DNA of 64,000 nucleotides, taken from Vicinamibacterales bacterium. Its GTDB lineage: Bacteria; Acidobacteriota; Vicinamibacteria; Vicinamibacterales; UBA8438. Position numbers and translations under genes: made by a program. Where the stretch lies: NCBI GenBank assembly GCA_965203565.1, contig OZ241896.1, positions 1,685,728 to 1,749,727 on the forward strand, written 5' to 3'. The notes under the pieces were generated by a model that did not search any database, had not been told where the DNA came from, and was given only the letters and a program-made list of their open reading frames with translations. This document shows, in pieces, positions 39,754 through 48,246 of this stretch (position 1 is its first letter; every line of letters begins with the position of its first letter).

Positions 39754-41679
39754 CTAGCAACCCGCCGGGCGGCCCTTGCGCCGGACCTCGTCGAGCGCGG
39801 CGTCGAGGAACGCATCGACCTGCTGCGCGCCCTGGTCCCCCCCGCCGCGGGTCCGCACCGCGACGGCGCCGGCCGCCGCCTCGCGGTCACCCACCACCAG
39901 CATGTACGGGACCTTCTGCAACTGCGCCTCGCGAATCTTATACCCGATCTTCTCCTGCCGGGCGTCGAGCTCGACGCGCAGGCCGGCGGCGGCCAGCCGC
40001 GCCCGCACCGAGTCCGCGTACTCGGCGTGCCGGTCGGCGATCGGGATCGCCACCGCCTGCACCGGCGCCAGCCAGAGCGGAAACGCCCCGGCATGGTGCT
40101 CGATCAGGAGCGCGATGAACCGTTCGAAGCTGCCGTAGAGGGCGCGGTGGACCAGGACCGGCGTGTGCTCCGCGTTGTCGGCGCCGACGTACTTCAGGCC
40201 GAACCGCTGCGGCATCTGATAGTCGAGCTGGATCGTGGCGCACTGCCAGCGCCGGCCGAGCGCGTCGGTCACGTGGACGTCGATCTTCGGCCCGTAGAAG
40301 CTGCCGCCCCCTTCGGAAACCGTGTACGGCGCGCCGGCCGCCTCGACGGCGCCCTGCAGCTGCGACTCCGCATGGTCCCACGTGGCGGCGCTCCCGAGGC
40401 AGTCGTCCGGGCGCGTGGAGAGCTCCACCGCGTAGTCGAGCCCGAAGTCGCGGTAGACCCGGCCGACGAGCCGCAGCAGCCGCTCCACCTCGGCGCCTAT
40501 CTGGTCCTCGGTGATGAAGCAGTGGGCGTCGTCCTGGGAGAACTGGCGGACCCGGGTCAGGCCGGACAGCACCCCGGACGCCTCGTTCCGGTGCAGGACG
40601 CCCTGGTCGGCGTAGCGCAGCGGGAGGTCGCGGTAGCTCCGGACCTCGCTCGCGAACAGGAGCATGTGGCCGGGGCAGTTCATCGCCTTGAGGCCGCACG
40701 GCTCGCCTGCCGACTCGACCAGGAACATGTTCTCGCGGTAATGCTCCCAGTGGCCCGACGTCTCCCAGAGCGCCTTGTTGAAGACGAGCGGCGTCCGGAC
40801 CTCCTGATAGCCTTCGCCGGCGAGCACGCCGCGCATGTAGTCGGCGAGCAGGCCGTACAAGGTCGCCCCCTTCGGCTGCCAGAACGGCGCCCCAGGCGCC
40901 GCCGGATGGAACAGGAACAGGCCGAGCTCCTTGCCGAGCTTGCGGTGGTCGCGCTGCTTCGCCTCCTCGATCTTCGCAAGGTGCGCGCGGAGCTCCGACG
41001 CCTTGAAGAACGCCGTGCCGTAGATCCGCTGCATCGGCGGGTTCTTCGCATCCCCCTTCCAGTAGGCGTTCGAGCTGCTGAGCACCTTGAACGCCTTGAG
41101 CCGGCCGGTCGACGGCACGTGCGGCCCGGTGCAGAAGTCGACGAAGGCGTCCTCGATGGCGTAGCACGAGACGACCGGGCCGCCCTTCTCCTCGATCAGC
41201 TGCACCTTGAGCGGCTCGCCCCGCTCGCCGAAGTACGCGGCCGCCTCGGCCTTGGGCATCATCTTCCGCTCGTAGCGCAGGTCGCGGGACGCCAGCTCGG
41301 CCATCTTCCGCTCGATCGCCTCCAGGTCCTCGGGGACGAACGGGCGACTGACGACGAAGTCGTAGAAGAAGCCGTCGTCTATCGGCGGTCCGATGCCGCA
41401 CTGCGCCTCCGGAAAGAGCGCGGTCACCGCCGCGGCGAGCAGATGCGCCGTGCTGTGGCGGTACAGCTCGAGCGCCTCCGGCGCGTCGGGGGTGACGAAC
41501 CGGACCGACGCGTCCGATGCGAGCCGGTGCGACAGATCGACCATCCGCCCGTCTACGACGGCGGCCAGCGCCCGCTTCGCCAGCCGAGGCGACACGTCGG
41601 CGGCCACGGCGGAGAGTTCGGCGCCGGCCGGCGCGCCGCGCGTGGACCCGTCCGGCAGCGTGACGATCACCTGGTTCAT
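39754..41679 (-). CDS. thrS: threonine--tRNA ligase
   Basis: TGS domain, RHSTAHLLA, DFCTGPHV, RDHRKLG, KAMNCPGH, HRALYGSFERF. Confidence 0.98.
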   Translation of the reverse strand: MNQVIVTLPDGSTRGAPAGAELSAVAADVSPRLAKRALAAVVDGRMVDLSHRLASDASVRFVTPDAPEALELYRHSTAHLLAAAVTALFPEAQCGIGPPIDDGFFYDFVVSRPFVPEDLEAIERKMAELASRDLRYERKMMPKAEAAAYFGERGEPLKVQLIEEKGGPVVSCYAIEDAFVDFCTGPHVPSTGRLKAFKVLSSSNAYWKGDAKNPPMQRIYGTAFFKASELRAHLAKIEEAKQRDHRKLGKELGLFLFHPAAPGAPFWQPKGATLYGLLADYMRGVLAGEGYQEVRTPLVFNKALWETSGHWEHYRENMFLVESAGEPCGLKAMNCPGHMLLFASEVRSYRDLPLRYADQGVLHRNEASGVLSGLTRVRQFSQDDAHCFITEDQIGAEVERLLRLVGRVYRDFGLDYAVELSTRPDDCLGSAATWDHAESQLQGAVEAAGAPYTVSEGGGSFYGPKIDVHVTDALGRRWQCATIQLDYQMPQRFGLKYVGADNAEHTPVLVHRALYGSFERFIALLIEHHAGAFPLWLAPVQAVAIPIADRHAEYADSVRARLAAAGLRVELDARQEKIGYKIREAQLQKVPYMLVVGDREAAAGAVAVRTRGGGDQGAQQVDAFLDAALDEVRRKGRPAGC

Positions 41680-41712
41680 GCGGCGGTTCGCAGTGAGGGA
41701 GAGCTGGAGAAA

Positions 41713-41789
41713 TGGTAGGCACGGGCGGACTTGAACCGCCGACCTCCTGCATGTCAAGCAGGCGCTCTGACCAACTGAGCTACGCGCCT
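41713..41789 (-). tRNA. tRNA-Val(GAC)
   Basis: AGGCGCGTAGCTCAGTTGGTCAGAGCG, CCTGC-TTGACAT-GCAGG anticodon arm, GGTTCAAGTCC, ends CCA. Confidence 0.97.
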
Positions 41790-42961
41790 GAATCCCGAGG
41801 GTCCGACCTCCGTCCGATCCGTTCGAGGGCCCGTTCGAGGACCGGGTCGCCGGCCGGCGCCGGTTCGCCGAGCTCCACCGTCGGCGGCTCTACCACGACC
41901 GCCGGCTCGACTCCGGACCGGTGCAGCGGATCGCCGGACGCCTGAAGATAACGGGCCTGCGACAGCCACAAGCCGCCGCCGTCCTGCAGCCGGACCAGCT
42001 GCTGCACGCTGACCCGTCCGGCCGTGCGCCGGCCTACCGCTTCCGCGCGGCCGCTGCCCGTCAGGCCGGCCGCGAACAGCTCGGCGGCGTGCGCCGTCCC
42101 GTAGTCGGTCAGCAGCACCAGCGGCGTGTCGATGGCGGCGCTCCCGGCCCCGGCCTCGATCGGGGTCCGGCCGCCGCCGGTCTCTTCCCGCTGCAGCAAC
42201 GTGCCCGACGCCACGAACAACCGGGCCGCCTCGATCCCTTCGTCGAACGATCCGCCGCCGCAGTTGCGGACGTCGACCACGAGACGCGCCGCCCCGTCGG
42301 CCGTCAGCCGCGCCGCTTCGCGCGCGATCTCGGCCGCCGTCCCGGCCGGGAAGGCGGCCACGCGCAGGTACCCGACGCCGCCGGACAACATCCGGCCGGT
42401 GACGTTCGGACCGGCCGGCTCCTCCCGGACCAGCGCGACGTCGTACGGCTCGGACGTGTTGCCCCGCAGCAGCGAGAGACGGACCGTCGATCCCGGCTCG
42501 CCCCGGAGCAGCGCCGCGCTCTCGATGCTCGACAGCCGCCGGGTGGACTGATCGTCGATCGTGCGGACGTAGTCTCCCGGCCGCAGGCCGGCCCGCGCGG
42601 CCGGCGAGTCGTCGCGCACCGCCACGATCTGCGTGTAGTACCGGCTCGTCGTCTCGACGCCGATCCCGCCGGGCGGCGCCGGGTCGCCGCGTTCGACTCG
42701 CGCCGCCTCCTCCGGCGTGAGGTACGCGCTGTCGGTGTCGAGCCCGCTCGTCAGCCCCCGGAGCGCGCCGTCCATCACCGCGTCGAGATCGGCGTCTTCG
42801 ACGTAGTTCTCCGTGATGAGGGAGACGACGTCCTCGAAGATGCGAAGATGCCGGTAGGCGCCCTCGCGGGCGACGGCCTGGCCGAGGTAGCCCCCCAGGA
42901 GGGTGAAGGCCACCACGGGGAACGTCATCGTCAGGATGATCAGACGCGTGCGCGGATGCAT
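41780..42961 (-). CDS. S41 peptidase/PDZ family protein with substituted catalytic residues
   Basis: PDZ plus VVDVRNCGGG; TAHAAE replaces SASASE and TAGRVSVQ replaces TxGKxxVQ. Confidence 0.85.
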   Translation of the reverse strand: MHPRTRLIILTMTFPVVAFTLLGGYLGQAVAREGAYRHLRIFEDVVSLITENYVEDADLDAVMDGALRGLTSGLDTDSAYLTPEEAARVERGDPAPPGGIGVETTSRYYTQIVAVRDDSPAARAGLRPGDYVRTIDDQSTRRLSSIESAALLRGEPGSTVRLSLLRGNTSEPYDVALVREEPAGPNVTGRMLSGGVGYLRVAAFPAGTAAEIAREAARLTADGAARLVVDVRNCGGGSFDEGIEAARLFVASGTLLQREETGGGRTPIEAGAGSAAIDTPLVLLTDYGTAHAAELFAAGLTGSGRAEAVGRRTAGRVSVQQLVRLQDGGGLWLSQARYLQASGDPLHRSGVEPAVVVEPPTVELGEPAPAGDPVLERALERIGRRSDPRDSGA

Positions 42962-42962
42962 G

Positions 42963-43000
42963 GCGTAAAGCTGCCTATTCCAGCGTAAGGCTGCCTATTC
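42963..43000. repeat. tandem 18-bp direct repeat (20-bp period) in a divergent promoter region
   Basis: gcgtaaagctgcctattc / gcgtaaggctgcctattc. Confidence 0.8.
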
Positions 43001-43046
43001 TAATGGATCGGTGGACAGACCCGCCACCGGGCGGTACTCTGTCGCC

Positions 43047-43505
43047 GTGCGGATGCTCGGCATCGACGTCGGCGCGCGCCGGATCGGTCTGGCGCTGAGC
43101 GATCCGTCGGGCGCGCTGGCCACGCCGCTCGGCGCGCTGGCGCCGCCACCGCGCCTCGAAACGCGGGTGGAGGCGGTCGTCCGGGAGATCGACCGGCTCG
43201 CGCAGGACGAGTCGGGACTCGGCGGCGTGGTCGTCGGGATGCCGCGCAGCCTCGACGGGCGGCCCCATGCGCAGACCGCGCGGGTGGCCGCGTTCGTCGA
43301 GGCGCTGCGGCGATCGGTCGGGCTGCCTGTCGCGGTGCAGGACGAGCGGCTGACCAGCCGCGAGGCGGAGCGCCGGCTCGCGCTCCGCGAGAACGACTGG
43401 CGCCGCCGCAAGCGGAAGCTCGACGCCGCCGCCGCGGCCGTCATCCTGCAGGATTATCTGGACGCCCGCCCGGTGCGGCCGGCGGCGGCCGGCGGAGGAG
43501 GGTGA
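43047..43505 (+). CDS. ruvX: Holliday junction resolvase-like protein RuvX/YqgF
   Basis: LGIDVGARRIGLALSD, VVGMP, QDERLTS, LDAAAAAVILQDYLD. Confidence 0.95.
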   Translation: MRMLGIDVGARRIGLALSDPSGALATPLGALAPPPRLETRVEAVVREIDRLAQDESGLGGVVVGMPRSLDGRPHAQTARVAAFVEALRRSVGLPVAVQDERLTSREAERRLALRENDWRRRKRKLDAAAAAVILQDYLDARPVRPAAAGGGG

Positions 43506-44548
43506 TGCTGCGAAAGCTCCTGCTGGCGGCGGCGCTGCTCGCGGGGGTCGCCGCCGCCGGCGCGATCGTGGCGGTCAACGCGCTGATCGGCCGTCTGGAG
43601 CTGCCGTACGGCGAGCGGGCGGGCGGAGAAGTGTTCGTCGAGGTCGAGCCGGGCGACTCGATCCGGACGATAGCGGCGCGGCTGGTCGCGGCCGGCGTCG
43701 TGCGGGACGAGCTCACGTTCCGGCTGGCGGCGTGGCGCGCCGGCCGCGACCGGGCGCTCCAGGCCGGCGAGTACCGGTTCGACCATCCGCTGTCGGCGAT
43801 GGCGGTGGTCGAGCGGATCGCCGCCGGCCGGGTCTACCTCCGGCCGATCACCTTCCCCGAAGGGCTGACCATCGAGGAGATGGCCGCGGTCTTCGAGACC
43901 CGCGGCTTCGGCTCCGCCGACGCGTTCCGGGCCGCGGCGGAGCAGGCCGCGCTGATCGCCGACCTCGACCCCCGCGCCGCGGACCTCGAAGGCTATCTGT
44001 TCCCCGAAACGTACGCGCTGCCGCGCCGCGCGACCGCCGACGACCTGGTGGCGGCGATGGTGGCGCAGTTCCGCGAGGCGTTCGACGACGAGCTTCGCGC
44101 GCGGGCCGCCGAGCGGGACCTGAGCGTCCGCGACGCGGTGACGCTGGCGTCGATCATCCAGAAGGAGACCGGCGCGGCGGCCGAGCACGGGCTGGTCTCG
44201 GCGGTCTACAACAACCGCCTGCGGATCGGGATGCCGCTCCAGAGCGACCCGACGGTGATCTACGCCCTCGGCCGCGCGAACCTGTACGACGGGAACCTGA
44301 CGCGCGACAATCTCCGGTTCGACTCGCCCTACAACACCTACCGGTACCGCGGCCTGCCCCCCGGCCCGATCGCCGCGCCCGGCCGCGCCGTGCTGCAGGC
44401 GTCGCTCGCGCCGGCCGACGTCGGCTACCTGTACTTCGTCAGCCGGAACGACGGCACCCACGCCTTCGCCGACTCGCTCCGCGAGCACAACCGGAACGTC
44501 CACGAGTTCCAGGTGGAGTACTTCCGCCGCCGCCGGACGGGGCAGTAG
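43502..44548 (+). CDS. mltG: endolytic transglycosylase MltG
   Basis: LQAGEY, LEGYLFPETY, LASIIQKET, LQSDPT, SPYNTY..GLPPGPI. Confidence 0.96.
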   Translation: MMLRKLLLAAALLAGVAAAGAIVAVNALIGRLELPYGERAGGEVFVEVEPGDSIRTIAARLVAAGVVRDELTFRLAAWRAGRDRALQAGEYRFDHPLSAMAVVERIAAGRVYLRPITFPEGLTIEEMAAVFETRGFGSADAFRAAAEQAALIADLDPRAADLEGYLFPETYALPRRATADDLVAAMVAQFREAFDDELRARAAERDLSVRDAVTLASIIQKETGAAAEHGLVSAVYNNRLRIGMPLQSDPTVIYALGRANLYDGNLTRDNLRFDSPYNTYRYRGLPPGPIAAPGRAVLQASLAPADVGYLYFVSRNDGTHAFADSLREHNRNVHEFQVEYFRRRRTGQ

Positions 44549-44820
44549 CAAGACCGCGGCCGCCCGGCGCGCCGCGCGCCGGGAGATCAGGACCAGCGCA
44601 TCCAGCCCGATCCCTCGCGCCCTCGATCGAAGACGCCCGGATGCAGCAGCTCGGCCAGGATCTCCGCCGACTCCACGAGACGCGGGCCGGGACGGTTGAA
44701 GTACCGGTTCCCGTCGGTGACGAAGACGCGGCCGGCCCGCACCGCCGAGAGCGTCCGCCACTCCGGACGCGACGCCAGGGCGGGCATCTCACGCATCGAC
44801 CGGTCGACGTCGAAGCCGCA

Positions 44821-44978
44821 CAGCCCGTGGCGGAGGTCCCCGCTGCATTCGAGCGGCGATGCATCCCGCCTGACGGCGTTGTTCGTCGGTTGCGTATACC
44901 CAATATGCGCCCTTCTCACGCCTTGTCAGCCGGGCGCCTCGCCGCTCTCGGTGCGACGCGGGGTTCCACCACGGGCTG
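44821..44978. mobile_element. palindromic MITE, full copy 2 (158 bp, TSD CGCA)
   Basis: cgca|cagcccgtgg...ccacgggctg|cgca; removing the element plus one TSD restores ATG CCG TGC GGC TTC GAC. Confidence 0.95.
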
Positions 44979-45557
44979 CGCACGGCATGATCGCCACCAC
45001 GTCCGGGTCGCGCGCCGCCAGCTCCTCGACGTCGAGATAGCCGGAGTGGCGGCCCGCTTCGCCGATCATGACGACGCCTCCGGCGATCTCCACCAGCTCC
45101 GGCATCCAGTTGCCGGCATGCATCAACGGATCGATCCACTCGATGCAGGCGATCGACGGGCGGGCGGGCCGCGCCGCAGCCGCCGCGCGGATCGCGTCCA
45201 GCCGCGCGGTGAGCCGGGCGACGAGATCCACGCCGCGATCCGGCGCGTCGAGCGCCGCCGCCACCGTCTTGACGTCCCGCCGGACGTCGCCGAGCGCCAT
45301 CGGCTCCAGCGAAACGAGCGCCGGCCGCGACGCGACCAGATCGCCTACGGCGCGTTCGACGTCCGCGAGGCTGACCGCGCAGACTTCGCACTGCGCCTGC
45401 GTGACGATGACGGTTGGAGCGAGCCGGTCGAGCAGGCTGGCGTCGACATGGTGGACCGACAGCGCGTCGGCCACGATGGCGCGCACCTGCGCGTCGATGG
45501 CGCGGCTCGGCGCGCCGGCGTCCACCTTCGCCGCCGAGCAGACCGGCAGGCGCTCAA

Positions 45558-45715
45558 CAGCCCGTGGTGAAAGTCCCCGCTGCATTCGAGCAGCGATGCA
45601 TCCCGCCTGACGGCGTTGTTCGTCGGTTGCGTATGCCCAATATGCGCCCTCCTCACGCCTTGTCAGCCGGGCGCCTCGCCGCTCTCGGTACGACGCGGGG
45701 TTCCACCACGGGCTG
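45558..45715. mobile_element. palindromic MITE, full copy 3 (158 bp, TSD TCAA)
   Basis: tcaa|cagcccgtgg...ccacgggctg|tcaa; removing the element plus one TSD restores PPSVERLPV. Confidence 0.95.
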
Positions 45716-45955
45716 TCAACCGACGGCGGGAAGTCGCACTCGTGCGACCGGCCGACGAGCTGCTCCTCGAAGCCGAGCGCGGCGACTATCTCGGTCGCGC
45801 TGGCGATGAGCGAGACGATCCGGTGCTCCGCCACCGGGCGCTCACCAGCGCGCCGCCGCCGGTTGGCCGTTCTCCGGCGCCGGCGACGGATCGCGCAACG
45901 AAGCCCGGCTGAACAGCAGCGGCGGAAAGATTCCCATGCTGACCAGGGTGGTTGA

Positions 45956-46030
45956 GGCAGCCCCGGATTCGCACCGGGTTCCCTCTGGCCGCTCCGAACC
46001 TACGCCCGGAGCGCCAGCGCACCGAAGCGA
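45956..46030 (-). ncRNA. cobalamin riboswitch, 5' half only (truncated)
   Basis: AGAGGGAACCCGGTGCGAATCCGGGGCTGCC core upstream of the BtuF-like gene; the usual GCAACTGT and B12-box 3' part is not seen. Confidence 0.7.
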
Positions 46031-46059
46031 CGGTAGCCGCCCGACCGCGCCGCCGTCAA
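46030..46059 (-). promoter_or_regulatory. putative sigma70 promoter of the riboswitch leader
   Basis: TTGACG-N18-TACCGT immediately upstream of the riboswitch. Confidence 0.5.
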
Positions 46060-46087
46060 ACGCAGCGCGAGCGCGTACGTATAATGT

Positions 46088-46310
46088 GAATCTCCTCAAA
46101 TGCGTGTGGGTAGTGGCGGCGCCAGTTCGATGCCTCCGCAGCAGAGGAACAGCATCGAGATGAGGGCGCCGGGGGGTGGAACCCGTATGCGCGCCGCGCA
46201 ATCACCCGCAGCTTGTTGTTGATGCCCTCCACCGGTCCATTCGTCATCCGGGTGTCCAGACAGGCCAGGATGACTTCCGCGTGTTTCCGAATCGTGCGCT
46301 CCAGCTTCAC
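46088..46310 (-). mobile_element. ISL3-family transposase C-terminal remnant with degenerate right end
   Basis: TNGPVEGINNKLRVIARRAYGFH, then frameshift to ALISMLFLCCGGI..LPTRI*; CCCACACGCATTTGAGGAGATTC end followed by AT-rich flank. Confidence 0.8.
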
Positions 46311-46373
46311 GGCGCCCGCCGAAACGTCGCCCCCTCCACGCGCGGACGAGCAGCGCCGGTCCCGCCACCGCGT

Positions 46374-48126
46374 TCACGCCGGCGGAGGCGGCGACTCGTC
46401 CGACGCGGCCCCGGTCGGACTCGCGCGCGGACGCCACAGCACGCTCATCGCCCAGCCGAGATCCAGCCGCTCTCCGGTCCACGCCGGCAGCGCCGTATCC
46501 GGTCCGATTGCGATCCCCGCCGCCGCCAGCCGCCCGTCCACCGGCGCCAGCGCCGCCCCGGTCCAGCGCGGCGGTTCCGGAACTTCCGGCAGCGGCCGGC
46601 CGTCGGCCCGTGTGAAGCGGACCGCGCCCGTGTCGTCAAGCTTCACCTGCAAGCCGCCTTCGTGCACCGCCCGGTGATGCCGCCGGCAAAGCTGCACCAA
46701 GTTGTCGAGCCGGGTCGCGCCGCCGTGCGCCCAGTGCCGGACGTGGTGCGCATCGCACCGCCGGGCCGTGCAGCCGGGGAAGCGGCAACGCCGATCCCGC
46801 GCCGCGAGCGCGCGGCGCAGCGCCGGCGGGATCGTGCGCGTCTTCCGGCCGACGTTCAACACCTGTCCGGACGCGCCGTGGGTCATGACGACTCGCCCGG
46901 CGTCGCACGCCAGCCGTCGCGCCGTTTCCGTGGAGACACGCAGTCCGCCGGCGTCCTCCAGCACCGCCTGACCACCGTGCGCGGCGCGAGCAGCGTCGTC
47001 GGGACTTGGCCCGTCAGCGCTTCCCGCCGGCCGGCGCGTTCCCGCGGGAACGTACTCTCCGATCGATGCGGCGCCCGTCGGCGCCGAGTCCACCGAGTCG
47101 CCAGCCGCACCCTGCGGGTCGCCGACGCCTGCCGCGGCGTCGCCTCCCGGCTGGCGGATTGCCGCAGTGCGATCGGCCGCTGTGGGTCGGACGACCGAAG
47201 ACGTTCCCGCGGGAACGTACGTCGGGTGATCCGCTCTCTTTGTCATCGCTGCGTCGTGCGCCAGCGTCGCGGCATCCACGTGCAGCACCACCTGGTACCG
47301 GTCGCCCGCCCGCCGTCCCGGGGTCCAGCTACGCCGACAGCGCCGCCTCCGCCACCCGGCCGAGCGCGTCCGCCCGCCGCTGCTCCGACGACGCCTCGGG
47401 CGCGTCTTCTTCCGGAGCGTCCGCCGCCTCCGTCCGCAACTGCTCGCTCGCCGCATCGAGCGACCGCAGCACCGCCGCCCCGACCTCCGGCGCAAGCCGC
47501 CCCCGAATCACCACCATCCCGTCGTCGTCAACCCAGGTCCGCAGCTCCCGGTGCGCGTGCCGCCGTCCGTCTTCGGCAATCTCCGCCGCCCGGTCCACCC
47601 GCCGCCACGCCCGCGTCACCTGTTCGACGTGCACGGCCGTCCCGGCGAGCGCGACGTTGAGCAGCGCCGTTTCGTTCTCCGGCGTCGCCACGCGGGTCAG
47701 CGCCCGCACCTTCGAATAGGAGACCCGCCCGCGCTGCATCGCGGCGCCGATGAGCGGCAACCTGGCTAGGGCGTGGGCGACGCGCACCTTCTCGCGGGCG
47801 GCGCCGGGGGCGAGACCGGTGCGCCAGCTCAGCCAGTGGGCGCAGGAGGAGAAGCCGCCCGCTCGCCAGCCGCCCTGCTCGTCGAATTGGCGGATGAGAA
47901 CGAGCAGAGCGCAGGTGGCGGCCTGGATGCGGGCGGAGAGCTCGGCGATCCGGTCGCCCAACCGGTCGAGATCGAGTCGGTTCGGAACGGCAGCGGCGTC
48001 AATCGCCGTCGGAGCGCAGCTTGGCGAACGAGGTTCGTCCATCGCGCCGGCGCCCGCGTACGGGGGAAGCACGGGACCGGCGGACGGCGAACCCGGAGGC
48101 GGAACCGGTGTGGTTTCGAGGTGCAT
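46374..48126 (-). pseudogene. DUF222 + HNH endonuclease, split by a TAG stop and frameshift near 47330
   Basis: 5' part: SCAHWLSWRTG..AREKVRVAHAL..GRVSYSKVRALTR; 3' part: RYQVVLHVD, ARRLACDA, RDRRCRFPGC, DAHHVRHWAHGG, NLVQLCRRHHRAVH. Confidence 0.88.
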
Positions 48127-48158
48127 GCCCTATGGTAATCCCTTGTTTTTCAGCCTCT

Positions 48159-48232
48159 TGTACGGCTCTCAGGCGGCCGTTCCCGGTCCGTTCAATGCTT
48201 TTCGACCTTCCGGTTGGGTGTACGGCTCTCAG
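48159..48232. repeat. 14-bp direct repeat with 60-bp period
   Basis: tgtacggctctcag at 48159..48172 and 48219..48232. Confidence 0.75.
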
Positions 48233-48246
48233 AGGGCAGCTAAAGC

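Larger units (their letters stand above)
44587..45834 (-). pseudogene. cobalamin-binding periplasmic (BtuF-like) protein carrying two in-frame MITE insertions, one with an internal TGA
   Basis: RIVSLIASATEIV..GRSHECDFP, TQAQCEVCAVS, EWIDPL..AGNWMPE, PCGFD (restored once the insert is removed), YFNRPGPRLVESAEILAE. Confidence 0.88.

Noticed and set aside
44926-44928. In-frame TGA as a selenocysteine codon
   Set aside because: It lies inside the inserted element rather than at a conserved Cys, and no bacterial SECIS-like hairpin is evident directly downstream
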